Below, piece by piece: positions 53,345 through 63,478 of a DNA stretch of 64,000 nt; position 1 is the stretch's first letter, and the number at the start of each line of letters is the position of its first letter. This DNA comes from Candidatus Latescibacterota bacterium (GTDB lineage: Bacteria > Latescibacterota > UBA2968), in NCBI GenBank assembly GCA_965208125.1, contig OZ242320.1, positions 864,001 through 928,000 on the forward strand, written 5' to 3'. The notes beneath the pieces are model-generated. The model was not told where the DNA came from and did no database searches. It saw nothing but the letters and a program-made list of their open reading frames with translations. A program made the translations under genes and the position numbers.

Positions 53345-54130
53345 ATGAAAAACCCAATTCCATCCCCAATGCTCAGTGAAGAACAGATCGAAGCATTCTT
53401 CGAAATAGGGTTCGTCATCGTACCAGACGTCTTTACGCCGACTGAAATCGAAGAAATGCGAGCCGGATTTGACCGTCTGCAAAAAATGGCCTATGCGCTA
53501 TCGGAACCCGGGATCCACAACGGCTCTGATTTTGCCATAGAAAGAACGGAATCGGGACAGGTCATCATTCACCGCATCTCCTGGTGTGGGGCAGCCGAAC
53601 CCGTATTGCTCGCTTATGGTAAAGACCACCGCCTCCTCGGCATGGCGAGTCAGTTACTGGGCAGCAACGAAATGAACCAGCTAATCAACCAGGCCCACTT
53701 CAAAATACCCGGCGACAACGTGGCATTTCCGTGGCATCAGGACAGCGAACATCGCGGATATGGAAAACCCTGGTGGAAGGACGTCAACGGACGCGGCAGC
53801 TTCGTCCAGCAAGCCATCGCCATTGACGATGTAACCGAAGAAAGTGGACCTTTGAAATTCATCCCCGGAAGTTGCAAATTGGGGCATCTGGGTCTGCTGA
53901 GTCGCAGCGAAGAAGAATACCCGGCACTATTCAATCCCGACGACGCTGTTACGGGAATCATGAAAGCTGGCAGCGTAGCCCTGTTCAACCCTTATGTCAT
54001 TCACGGCAGCGAACCGAACCGCTCGCAGAAACCGCGGCGTATTTTCATAAACGGCTATGCTTACCCGGGCGCCAACTCGAGAACCTATCCTGGAAAGGGT
54101 GCTGGCAGACTCTTGAAGATCACAGATTAA
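53345..54130 (+). CDS. Phytanoyl-CoA dioxygenase (PhyH) family Fe(II)/2OG oxygenase
   Basis: FFEIGFVIV, PWHQD, IPGS, IHGSEPNRS..R. Confidence 0.9.
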   Translation: MKNPIPSPMLSEEQIEAFFEIGFVIVPDVFTPTEIEEMRAGFDRLQKMAYALSEPGIHNGSDFAIERTESGQVIIHRISWCGAAEPVLLAYGKDHRLLGMASQLLGSNEMNQLINQAHFKIPGDNVAFPWHQDSEHRGYGKPWWKDVNGRGSFVQQAIAIDDVTEESGPLKFIPGSCKLGHLGLLSRSEEEYPALFNPDDAVTGIMKAGSVALFNPYVIHGSEPNRSQKPRRIFINGYAYPGANSRTYPGKGAGRLLKITD

Positions 54131-54156
54131 CGACCAAAACCTTCTGGATCGCGGCT

Positions 54157-54224
54157 AACACCCTGCCGCGATGACACACGGGACGGCACGGGGGCCGTCC
54201 CCTACAACACCCTGCCGCGATGAC
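54157..54224. repeat. GTAG-family REP hairpin flanked by a 19-bp direct repeat
   Basis: aacaccctgccgcgatgac occurs twice around ggacggc-acgggg-gccgtcc-cctac (GTAG on minus strand). Confidence 0.6.
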
Positions 54225-54251
54225 GGCACTGTTGATAGGGTTGACAGACGC

Positions 54252-55727
54252 CTAAGGTCGATCCATTGCTGAATTGAAAGACCTCTCCGCCTGCCTTACA
54301 ATCCCCTTTAGCATACGCTTGAAAATGAGACAGTGAATGGGATAAAGGCCATACCAATAAAGCAAACCACCGAGCCCCAGAGGATCGAAAATAGCCGTCT
54401 GTGTTATCAGACTACCCCCCGCCACGGGCTGGACCTCAAACTGGAGCCATGCCCGACCGGGCACCTTCATCTCTGCCTGCAAACGCAAAAGGCGATGTTC
54501 TTCAAAAGCCTCAACGCGCCAGAAATCCAGCGGATCCCCCGGCCGTACATCAACCGGGTGTCGTCGCCCTCGCCGCATACCCACCCCACCCAGCAGCAAA
54601 TCGACAAAACCCCGCAAATACCAGATCCATGTCGCAAAATACCAGCCCTGATCCCCCCCAATGCGCTGAACAGGATCAAAAGCTCGGGCGGGTTTCACAT
54701 TCGCAAAAGCCTGCTGGCGGTCAACAATCCGCGAACCAAAACGCCTTCCACCCCACAAAGGCTCCTCACCACTTGAAGACACCGCATCGCTCCAGCGAGT
54801 CTGAGCCATCTCCCGGTCCTCCTCCTCAAGCGCACGAACCATCGCCTGATGCACATTTAGAGGACGGACGGGAAAACGCTCGCGCGTACCATCATCCCGA
54901 ACAATCGTCTCATTCCGCAAACTATCGATAAGCTTCTTACCCACCCGCGCATAAAGAGGCGTCACCAGCCCCAACCACAAACTGGAAAGGCGAGGACTCA
55001 AAAAAGGAACCGGAAGCATAAGACGCCGCACGCCGATCTGGCGGGCATATTCCCGCATCAACCCGCCATAAGACACCTGTTCCGGACCCCCAATCTCAAA
55101 AATCGCACTCCCTTCCTCCTCCACATCCAGACCCCGGATCAAATAAGCGATCACATCCGCAATCGCAATCGGCTGGGTTGGCGTGCGGACCCAGCTCGGC
55201 GTAATCATAATCGGCAACTTATTGACCAGACTGCGCACCATCTCAAAAGACAGCGAACCCGAACCAATAATAATAGAAGCCCGAAACTCCAGCGTTGCAG
55301 GTCCCTCAGAAGTTAGAATAGCCCCCACCTCCCGGCGACTCTCCAAATGGGAAGAAAGCTGGCGATCCCCAACCAGCCCCCCCAAATAAATAATGCGCCG
55401 AACCCCTTGCTGCAGCGCGACGCGAGCAAAATTTTGTGCCCCAATGCGGTCCTGCGTCTCAAAATTGGCTCTGGACCCCATAGAATGCACCAGATAGTAC
55501 GCCGTATCTACCCCCTCCAGAGCAACGCTCAGCGAATCCCGATCCAGCACATCCCCCGCGACAATTTCGGTATCGGAACAAAACCGACCCATCAGATACT
55601 GGGGATTGCGAGCCAGACACCGCACGCGCTCCCCTCGTTCTTCAAGTTCCGGAACCAGCCGCCCACCAACATACCCACTGGCTCCCGTCACCAGCACAAG
55701 CCCGTCTTTTTCCTTATCCTGATACAT
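54252..55727 (-). CDS. SDR/NAD(P)-binding protein with DUF2867 (YbjT-like)
   Basis: VTGASGYVG, YYLVHSM, IIGSGSLSFEM, DFWRVE, AEMKVPGRAWL. Confidence 0.88.
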   Translation of the reverse strand: MYQDKEKDGLVLVTGASGYVGGRLVPELEERGERVRCLARNPQYLMGRFCSDTEIVAGDVLDRDSLSVALEGVDTAYYLVHSMGSRANFETQDRIGAQNFARVALQQGVRRIIYLGGLVGDRQLSSHLESRREVGAILTSEGPATLEFRASIIIGSGSLSFEMVRSLVNKLPIMITPSWVRTPTQPIAIADVIAYLIRGLDVEEEGSAIFEIGGPEQVSYGGLMREYARQIGVRRLMLPVPFLSPRLSSLWLGLVTPLYARVGKKLIDSLRNETIVRDDGTRERFPVRPLNVHQAMVRALEEEDREMAQTRWSDAVSSSGEEPLWGGRRFGSRIVDRQQAFANVKPARAFDPVQRIGGDQGWYFATWIWYLRGFVDLLLGGVGMRRGRRHPVDVRPGDPLDFWRVEAFEEHRLLRLQAEMKVPGRAWLQFEVQPVAGGSLITQTAIFDPLGLGGLLYWYGLYPIHCLIFKRMLKGIVRQAERSFNSAMDRP

Positions 55728-55734
55728 TGCCTGC

Positions 55735-56769
55735 CTAATGCATATCTATGGACAGCACATAACTGATCAGAGTCACCAAAAGCCACGTCGCCACCAGCAC
55801 AACCCCAAAAGGGCGCTTCATCGCGTCACCCGACACAAAAATGCCACACCGAAAAACAACGAGAATAAACAGCATAGCCGGGAACAAAAATTGGAAAAAC
55901 TGACCATCGGCTTGCAAGCCACCTGGTGTTGCCGCGGCCGAGACACCGGCGACAAAGAGAACATTGAGAATATCTGCGCCGATAATATTGCCAACAGCCA
56001 ACTCGCCATGCCCGCGTCTAACAGCGGTAATCGCCGTCACGAGTTCTGGGAGCGACGTGCCAAACGCGACCAGTGTAGCCGAAATAATATGCTTTGGCAC
56101 GCCAATTCTCTCTGCCAAAATACTCACACTGGGAATGAGAATTTGAGCTGAAATAACAATAACCGCAATCGCCAGGATCAACTTGACGAGCACGAGGCCC
56201 GCGTTACTCTCCTCCGCACCTGTTGCATCTTCCCGCTCAGCATCCGACGTGGTCGCAGCCCATCGGATCGACTGCCAAATATAGAGCACCAAAAGTAGGA
56301 CAAAAGCGAACCCCGCAAACTGCGGCAAAACCCCACCCTGACCAAACAATTTCGCGGGAGAAGCCCACGGAAAACAGGCGAGCACCAGAAGAATACCAGC
56401 ACCCACCTGCACATTTGACAACCGCGACGCCAACTGGCGATTGAGAGGTAAAGGCGCGATCAAAGAAGCCAGGCCGATAATAAGGCCTGTATCGCAAATA
56501 ATCGAACCGACGGCATTCCCAAGAGCAAGCCCCGGCTTCCCCTGAATCGCCGAAAACACGGACACCGCTGCTTCCGGCGTCGTCGTGCCAATACTCACAA
56601 TCGTCGCACCGATAACCGCTTTCCCCAGCCCCCAGCGCACCGAAAGCGTCACAGCCTCATCGACGAGCCAATCCGCACCTTTGCCGAGCGTGTACAGCGT
56701 CACCGCAATAATCACAAGCAAGAACGGACTGGTCAATCCCATCACAAGCTCTTCAATCCACTTTTCCAT
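55735..56769 (-). CDS. Calcium/sodium antiporter (CaCA, YrbG-like)
   Basis: Alpha repeats GTTTPE..GNAVGS and GTSLPE..GNIIG. Confidence 0.9.
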   Translation of the reverse strand: MEKWIEELVMGLTSPFLLVIIAVTLYTLGKGADWLVDEAVTLSVRWGLGKAVIGATIVSIGTTTPEAAVSVFSAIQGKPGLALGNAVGSIICDTGLIIGLASLIAPLPLNRQLASRLSNVQVGAGILLVLACFPWASPAKLFGQGGVLPQFAGFAFVLLLVLYIWQSIRWAATTSDAEREDATGAEESNAGLVLVKLILAIAVIVISAQILIPSVSILAERIGVPKHIISATLVAFGTSLPELVTAITAVRRGHGELAVGNIIGADILNVLFVAGVSAAATPGGLQADGQFFQFLFPAMLFILVVFRCGIFVSGDAMKRPFGVVLVATWLLVTLISYVLSIDMH

Positions 56770-56784
56770 CGCTACCTTTCCAAA

Positions 56785-57558
56785 TTAAATCACAAAAATA
56801 TCACTCGGACGGTCTTGCTCCGCCACACTCAGGGGAAAAGACCGAATACCCTGCCCCTGCAACATATCCGCGCATGTCTCTCGCGCCAGATCTGGCCGAT
56901 TATTTTTCTGACTCAAATGCGCCAGAACCGCCTGCTGCAACCCCTCTCTCGCCAGATCGCACAACGCCTCGGCCGCCCCATCATTTGACAAATGACCGTG
57001 TGTACTATTGATCCTCTGCTTCAAAACCCACGGATAAGGCCCATCCATCAGCAATTGATAATCGTAATTCGTCTCAATAATCACCAGATCGGCCCGGCGC
57101 ATATACTGATAAACCAGCTGCGTCACCGTACCCATATCTGTTGCAATCGTCACATTAGAATGACCATCTGTCACGGAAAAATTCACGGGATCAGCGGCAT
57201 CGTGAGGCAACTGGAACGCCTGAAAAGACAGATCGCCAATTGAAAAAGCCTCATCATTTTCAAACACTCGAATCCTCTCACTCCCTCGAAAAATCTTCTT
57301 CGACGCATTCAACGTGCCCTCGGTCATCCAAACCGGCAGTCCATATCGCCGCGCCAACACACCCACTCCCTTAATGTGATCGGAATGCTCGTGACTCACC
57401 ACAATAGCCTGCAAACCCGCCGGATTGACCCCAATATTCTGCAGACGCTCCTCGATCTTCTTACCCGTCAAACCCGCATCGATAAGCACACTTGAAGAAC
57501 CATTTTGAACACAAATCGAATTGCCACCACTGCCACTTGCCAACAAACAAATCTTCAC
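56785..57558 (-). CDS. MBL-fold hydrolase, YycJ/WalJ-like
   Basis: LASGSGGN, SHEHSDH, PHDA, ETNYD, GHLSN, HLSQKNN. Confidence 0.9.
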   Translation of the reverse strand: MKICLLASGSGGNSICVQNGSSSVLIDAGLTGKKIEERLQNIGVNPAGLQAIVVSHEHSDHIKGVGVLARRYGLPVWMTEGTLNASKKIFRGSERIRVFENDEAFSIGDLSFQAFQLPHDAADPVNFSVTDGHSNVTIATDMGTVTQLVYQYMRRADLVIIETNYDYQLLMDGPYPWVLKQRINSTHGHLSNDGAAEALCDLAREGLQQAVLAHLSQKNNRPDLARETCADMLQGQGIRSFPLSVAEQDRPSDIFVI

Positions 57559-57576
57559 TGGTAACTCCCCTATTCA

Positions 57577-59883
57577 CTACTCATTCACAATCCGCGCCAC
57601 CCAAATACTAATCTCGTACAAAACGATGAGCGGCATCGCCATCAAAAGCTGAGACAAGGGATCGGGAGGGGTCAAAATGGCTGCCAGTATAAACCCGAGC
57701 AAAAGCGCATAACGCCGTCCCTTTCGCATCCGATCGCGTGTTGCAATCCCCATCTTAGCCAGAAAAAACGTCAACACAGGCAACTCAAACACCAGGCCAA
57801 AAGCCACCAGAAGGCGCAGCACAAAACCGATATACTCCCCAATATCAAACTGCGGCTTCACAATCGTATCTTCAGCCATACCAACAAAAAACTTCATCGC
57901 CAGTGGGATAACCAGCCAGTACGCCAAAATAGCACCAATCAAAAAACACACAGTAGCCGAACCAATGACAAACGTCACAAACCGCCGCTCGCTGGCAAAC
58001 AGACCGGGCGCGACAAACATCCAGATCTGAAAAATCAAAAACGGCAGCGCCAGAATCCCCCCGCCCACCAGCGCGATCTGCAGCTTGACCATAAACATGC
58101 CCATCGGTCTTAAAGTCTGCAATATCAGTTCATCTTCCAGTTCGCGGGTAGGATGGAGCAGCACAGCCAAAATCTCATTGACAAAAATTCCGCAAAAAAT
58201 CGCGCCTATAATAATCGCGGCCAAACCCTTCAAAATGCGCCACCGCAACTCCTCCAGATGATCGAGAAAAGGCATCGGCTTGCCTTCATCGGGCAGATCT
58301 TCTTCATCGCGGTCTGGCATAATTGCCGGCACCGTACCCTCAGGCGGTGCAACATCCTCCTCCACCTCTCGCGGTCTCCGAATAGCAGACACCGCCAGCC
58401 CCATCAGCGCGATCACGCCGCACAACTGAGAAAACAAATCGCCAAACCGCATATAAAGCGTCTGCTCATTGCGCGGTGCAATAGTCCCAGCCACAACAGC
58501 CTCGTGAAACAAACCCGTCTTTTGCTCTTGCCGTCCATAAGGGTCGATAAACATCGACACACCCGTATTGGCACAGCGCACCACCCAACGCCTGTTTTCA
58601 ACAGCCCTGAATGTTGCAATATCCGCGTGTTGATACGGCGCTGACGTGCGCCCATACCACCCATCATTCGTAATCACCACCAAAAACTCGGCACCCCGAA
58701 CCATCATATCGCGCGCAAGCCAGGGAAACACCGAATCAAAACAAATCATCCCGGAAAACTTTCCACCCGGCACCTCAAAAACCGTAAGCACCGTCCCACT
58801 CTCAAAATCGCCGCTGATATACCCCCCACCGCTCCACTGAAAATCGCGCAAAAATCCGAGCAACCTGGGAAAAGGCGCCCGCTCTCCAAACGGCACCACC
58901 TTCACCTTGTCGTAATGCGGCAAATCGCCCCCGCCCGGCTCAAACAAAAAAGAAGAATTGTAAAGACGATCTCGCTCTGCGGCCTCGAAGCGATTCGCTC
59001 CCATATACAGATAAATACCCAGCGAATCGACCAGCGCCTGCACCCGCGCCTGATACGCCTGATGCGATGCGCCTTCACTTTTCAAACGCGCGGGCAAAGC
59101 CGCCTCTGACCACACAACCAATCGCGCCCCCGTCTCTGCGGCCTGAATCGTCAAAGGCTCCAACTTGTTAAAATTGTGATCAAAACCCCAGTACGACTTC
59201 TCAACAGGCGGCACATTTTGCTGCACAATAGCGACCTTCAAATCGCCCTCGGCAACCGGCTCTGCCATACGCCACAAACCAAATCCCGCTGGCAGTGCAA
59301 AAGCCAGAATCAGAACACCAACCATCAAACCGCGCCGCGCACTTTCCACTGCCTTAAACGCAATCAGATTAACCACCACCACCCAGAACGACACTCCGTA
59401 AACCCCGGTCGCTTCTGCAACTTGAATCAAAGGCAAATAATCCACCTGGGTATGCCCGAGCAACATCCACGGAAAACCCATATCGCCCAGCGTATTGAAA
59501 TATTCAAATCCCACCCACAAAAAAGGCACCATCCACAAACCCAGCCTGCCAACGCGCGCCATTGCAAACGACCACAACCACACAAACAGCCCCCGAAAAA
59601 GCGACATATACAAAATTGCCCCCGCCATACCCGGGGGAGTAATCCACGCAATCCAATAAACACTCGCACCGTAAAAAACCACACCCTGCAAAAAACCCGC
59701 GCCAAAAGCCACGCGTCCACGCAGATTTTCGACAACGGGAATCAGGGGCAACAAACTGATACAGGCCAAAAAACCGAGAGGCAAAGGGGGAAATGCCGCT
59801 GCCATAAGCAGTCCCGACAAAATCGGATACCCCAGCGCCAATTTCCAACCCCAGGCATTGTCCTGCGTCGTATTATCCGTCAT
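57577..59883 (-). CDS. Apolipoprotein N-acyltransferase (Lnt) fused in frame to twin-arginine translocase TatC
   Basis: Lnt: GFPW, VQQN, WSE, YDK..VPFGE, ICFD, TNDGW, RAVENRR..RCANTG. Acidic linker, then TatC: MPFLDHLEELRWR, QIWMFVAPGL, FELP, LTPPD..SQ..LYE. Confidence 0.9.
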   Translation of the reverse strand: MTDNTTQDNAWGWKLALGYPILSGLLMAAAFPPLPLGFLACISLLPLIPVVENLRGRVAFGAGFLQGVVFYGASVYWIAWITPPGMAGAILYMSLFRGLFVWLWSFAMARVGRLGLWMVPFLWVGFEYFNTLGDMGFPWMLLGHTQVDYLPLIQVAEATGVYGVSFWVVVVNLIAFKAVESARRGLMVGVLILAFALPAGFGLWRMAEPVAEGDLKVAIVQQNVPPVEKSYWGFDHNFNKLEPLTIQAAETGARLVVWSEAALPARLKSEGASHQAYQARVQALVDSLGIYLYMGANRFEAAERDRLYNSSFLFEPGGGDLPHYDKVKVVPFGERAPFPRLLGFLRDFQWSGGGYISGDFESGTVLTVFEVPGGKFSGMICFDSVFPWLARDMMVRGAEFLVVITNDGWYGRTSAPYQHADIATFRAVENRRWVVRCANTGVSMFIDPYGRQEQKTGLFHEAVVAGTIAPRNEQTLYMRFGDLFSQLCGVIALMGLAVSAIRRPREVEEDVAPPEGTVPAIMPDRDEEDLPDEGKPMPFLDHLEELRWRILKGLAAIIIGAIFCGIFVNEILAVLLHPTRELEDELILQTLRPMGMFMVKLQIALVGGGILALPFLIFQIWMFVAPGLFASERRFVTFVIGSATVCFLIGAILAYWLVIPLAMKFFVGMAEDTIVKPQFDIGEYIGFVLRLLVAFGLVFELPVLTFFLAKMGIATRDRMRKGRRYALLLGFILAAILTPPDPLSQLLMAMPLIVLYEISIWVARIVNE

Positions 59884-60036
59884 CTTCCTCTTTTAACCCC
59901 ATCAATTCATAAACCATTCACAGCAAGAAGCACAAACAAAAATCCCTGTTGCAAAAAACACAAAGACTATGCAATATACTTGTGGGTCAAATCCCTGTCA
60001 ATTGTCGTCCCAAAAAACAAACCCGGTCTATAACCC

Positions 60037-61251
60037 ATGCTACCCGACCTCAATACAGAACTCCAGGCATTGCGCGAACAAAACCTCTACCGCTCGGTGC
60101 GAAGTGTGGAAACCAGCCAGGAACCCCGCATCCGCATCAAAGGGCGGGAACTCATCCTCTTCTGCTCAAACAACTATCTGGGCCTCGCCAACCATCCCGT
60201 CCTCAAAGGTGCAGCCATCGAAGCCCTCAACACCTATGGAAGCAGCACCGTAGCATCGGCACTCATCTCGGGATATATGCCCCCGCATGCCGACCTCGAA
60301 AGCAGTATGGCGCAATTCCTCGGCACAGAATCCGCCATCGCATTTCCCACAGGCTATACAGCCAACCTCGGCGTTATACCCGCCCTCATCAACCGCGACG
60401 ACATCATTTTTAGCGACCAGTTAAACCACCGCAGCATCATCGACGCCTGTCGCCTTTCCCGCGCACAAATCGCCATCTACAACCACGGCGACATCGCCCA
60501 CCTCGAAACCCAGCTCAAAACCTCGTCCGCCCATCGCCGTCGCCTCATCGTCACCGATGGCGTCTTCTCAATGGACGGAGACATCGCCCCCCTACCCGAA
60601 CTCGTCTCTCTCGCCGAACAACACAACGCCATCCTCATGGTCGATGATGCCCATGCAACCGGCGTTCTCGGCCCCAATGGCCGCGGCACCTTCGAACACT
60701 ACGGCCTCTCTCCCAACACCATCGACATCCTCATGACCTCGGGCAGCAAAGCCCTCGGCGCATCCGGTGGTTTCATCTGTGGCAGCCGCGACCTCATCGA
60801 CCTCATCCGCAACCGCTCCGCAGCGTACATCTACACCACTGCCATGCCGCCCGACGCCTGTGCATCTACCACCGCGGCACTCGACCTCATCCAGCGCGAT
60901 ACCAGCTTGCGCCAACGCCTGTGGCACAACACAACAACCATCAGCCAGCATCTTCAAACCCTCGGATTCGACCTCGCCCAATCCCAAACCCACATCATAC
61001 CCATACGCGTTGGCGACGCCCAGAAAACCGTAGAAATATCCGAACACCTATACAACCGCGGCATCTACCTCTACGGCATACGCCCTCCCACCGTACCCGA
61101 GGGCCAAAGCCGTCTGCGCCTCTCCGTCATGGCAACCCATACCGACGACGACATCGCACAATTATTAGACGCCCTGACCGAGGTGCGACACAGTTTTTTT
61201 GGAGACCACCATGTCCAACCCCCTCGACCACATCCGAATCGTCCTGGTTGA
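60037..61251 (+). CDS. bioF: 8-amino-7-oxononanoate synthase (AONS/KBL family)
   Basis: FCSNNYLGL, SDQLNH.SIID, TDGVFSMDGD, DDAHATG, SKALG, IRPPTVP.G.SRLR. Confidence 0.85.
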   Translation: MLPDLNTELQALREQNLYRSVRSVETSQEPRIRIKGRELILFCSNNYLGLANHPVLKGAAIEALNTYGSSTVASALISGYMPPHADLESSMAQFLGTESAIAFPTGYTANLGVIPALINRDDIIFSDQLNHRSIIDACRLSRAQIAIYNHGDIAHLETQLKTSSAHRRRLIVTDGVFSMDGDIAPLPELVSLAEQHNAILMVDDAHATGVLGPNGRGTFEHYGLSPNTIDILMTSGSKALGASGGFICGSRDLIDLIRNRSAAYIYTTAMPPDACASTTAALDLIQRDTSLRQRLWHNTTTISQHLQTLGFDLAQSQTHIIPIRVGDAQKTVEISEHLYNRGIYLYGIRPPTVPEGQSRLRLSVMATHTDDDIAQLLDALTEVRHSFFGDHHVQPPRPHPNRPG

Positions 61252-61978
61252 ACCCAAAGAACCCGGCAACATCGGCGCTGTAGCTCGCGCGATGAAAAAC
61301 ACGGGCTTATCGCACCTCTACCTCGTCAATCCCCCCGACCACACCAGCGGCGAAGCCCGCGCAATGGCGCACGGATCGGGCGACATCCTCTACGGTGCCA
61401 CCGTCGTATCCTCACTCTCTGAAGCACTCGCAGACGTATCACTTGCCGTGGGCACATCCCATCGCAAACGCCGCGAATTCGACATCGTACATCCGCCCCA
61501 AACCGCGACAGACAAACTGTTATCCCTCCCCAATAACCACAAAGGAGCAATCGTCTTTGGCCGGGAAGAAAACGGACTGACCAACAACGAAATCCAACTG
61601 TGTCAGCTAATCTCCCGCATCCCCTCAGCCGTGCGCTACCCCTCCCTCAATCTGTCGCAAGCCACCCTCATCTACGGCTACGAACTCTTTCGCGCAACCC
61701 ATTCCGAAATCCCCTACAAACCATCAGAAGTCGATCTGGCTACGCACCGCGAACTCGAATCCATGTACGACCACATCCAAACCGCACTCGACAAACTCGG
61801 CTTTGTCTCCCGACATCGCCCTCAAACCTTCATCCGATCCATCCGCCGAATCTTCAGCCGCATCGACATGGAACACCGCGACGTAGCAACCATCCACCGC
61901 GTCTTCCGCCAGGTCGATCGCTTCATCGCGCGCCACGGTCTCAATCCCATCCCACCGCCCAATCAAAAAACAGAGTAA
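61211..61978 (+). CDS. trmJ: SPOUT RNA methyltransferase TrmJ/LasT family
   Basis: IVLVEP..PGNIGAVARAMKN, VFGREENGL, SLNLSQA. Confidence 0.85.
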   Translation: MSNPLDHIRIVLVEPKEPGNIGAVARAMKNTGLSHLYLVNPPDHTSGEARAMAHGSGDILYGATVVSSLSEALADVSLAVGTSHRKRREFDIVHPPQTATDKLLSLPNNHKGAIVFGREENGLTNNEIQLCQLISRIPSAVRYPSLNLSQATLIYGYELFRATHSEIPYKPSEVDLATHRELESMYDHIQTALDKLGFVSRHRPQTFIRSIRRIFSRIDMEHRDVATIHRVFRQVDRFIARHGLNPIPPPNQKTE

Positions 61979-61994
61979 CCGCGCGCTACGACAG

Positions 61995-63344
61995 TCACCC
62001 CCCAAACCCCAGCGTCTCCAAAAGCGACAGACTCAAACTCTCCATTGCCGGCACTGTACCCACACCACCCAAAGACGACAGAGATGCCCAGGTCTCATAC
62101 CCGCCCTCCTGTGTCAATGCCTCATCTGTACACACATAACCGATATACCCATTCGCCAGACTCACCATCATCAACGGCGAAGCCGACGTCTGCGCCTTGA
62201 TCCGAAGGCCAGTCTCCACAAAAATCTCCCCCGGCAACGCCAGAATCGCCGCATCGCCCAATCGGATCGCCTGCACAGGTGCCGTCATCTGTTCGGGCAA
62301 CGCCGCCAACCGCTGGCACTGCCTGGCATACACACCTACCCGATCCTTCCGCACCGGTTGCCCCACCACCCAGCTAAATGGACCCTCCTCGTAATCGTAT
62401 CCACCTGCGAGAATCTGTTCGGCAATATCGAGATCCGTCTCTGTAATCACTTTTCTCGAAAATTCCAGCGTCCCCGTCATAGCCTCCAATACCAGTTCCT
62501 CATCCAAATCCATCAACTGAATCTCTGTCAAAACATGCCCTGCCAGAACATTTGCCATCCGCCGCGCTCTGGGGTGCCCTCGATCCCGCCAAATCCGCTC
62601 GCCACTATAATCGTTATTATTAATTTGTCCAGATGCTGCATTCCACAAAATCGGCACGCAGTTCCCACCCAGATAATGCCGCAACAAATTGAAAAATTGA
62701 CCAAAATAATCCGCCGACACCTCCCCGACACTGCCCGTTCCCACATAGTGCAGTGAAAAACTCGCCACCACTGAAATCGGCGTACCGTCCAACCCCTCCA
62801 CATACATCATCGCCAATTCCGGATCGATCTCTCCCATTGGCCGCACGAGATCCGGATTATTCAAACCCGGATTCATCCGCACCGTCCCATCCTTCATCAG
62901 CCAGCGCCGATAAAACGAAATACGATCCTCCATCACACTGGCAAACCCCGCCCGGGCAGGCTGCATTCTCTTAATAGCCAACGCCACGGCATCGGCCACT
63001 TTTAGCGGAAGCCATGTCGTATAACCCTCATCTTCACCCGTACCCAGAAGATTGCTCACCCCTGCCCCTGAATGCGTATGTGTCGCATTCACCATCACGC
63101 ACTCAGGAGATATCCCACACCGTTCTTGAATGCGAGCCTTCACGGCATTCGCAATCGCTTCTGGCACCGCAATCAAATCGCAGGTCACCATCGCAATCCT
63201 GACATCACCATTGTCGATCACCAGTGCCTTGGCCAGAAGCTCATCGTGAACATCCTCTCCGTATCGCGGATGAAAACTTCCCGGCATCGTAACCCCCAGC
63301 CAGGGTGTAATATTGGACGTAGCAGCCCCTGCTTGCAATTTCAT
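61995..63344 (-). CDS. Neutral-ceramidase-N-like hypothetical hydrolase
   Basis: AGAA..NITP, VHDEL, ATHTHSG, SADYFG, LPGEIF, SLANGYIGY, GGYE. Confidence 0.7.
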   Translation of the reverse strand: MKLQAGAATSNITPWLGVTMPGSFHPRYGEDVHDELLAKALVIDNGDVRIAMVTCDLIAVPEAIANAVKARIQERCGISPECVMVNATHTHSGAGVSNLLGTGEDEGYTTWLPLKVADAVALAIKRMQPARAGFASVMEDRISFYRRWLMKDGTVRMNPGLNNPDLVRPMGEIDPELAMMYVEGLDGTPISVVASFSLHYVGTGSVGEVSADYFGQFFNLLRHYLGGNCVPILWNAASGQINNNDYSGERIWRDRGHPRARRMANVLAGHVLTEIQLMDLDEELVLEAMTGTLEFSRKVITETDLDIAEQILAGGYDYEEGPFSWVVGQPVRKDRVGVYARQCQRLAALPEQMTAPVQAIRLGDAAILALPGEIFVETGLRIKAQTSASPLMMVSLANGYIGYVCTDEALTQEGGYETWASLSSLGGVGTVPAMESLSLSLLETLGFGG

Positions 63345-63478
63345 AACGCTCCTCCCGTGTTTAGATTTTACATCTTTTTTATTATATAATGGAAACAGGG
63401 CGTTTTGTCGAATAAAGCTCAATGCGGTTGACAGTAGTTCAGGGAACGCTTATTCTTTCAAGAACAGGAGGTGGTCTC

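Noticed and set aside
61211-61251. bioF-trmJ fusion or programmed frameshift
   Set aside because: trmJ has its own GGAG RBS and ATG; the 41-bp overlap reflects a short non-conserved bioF tail.
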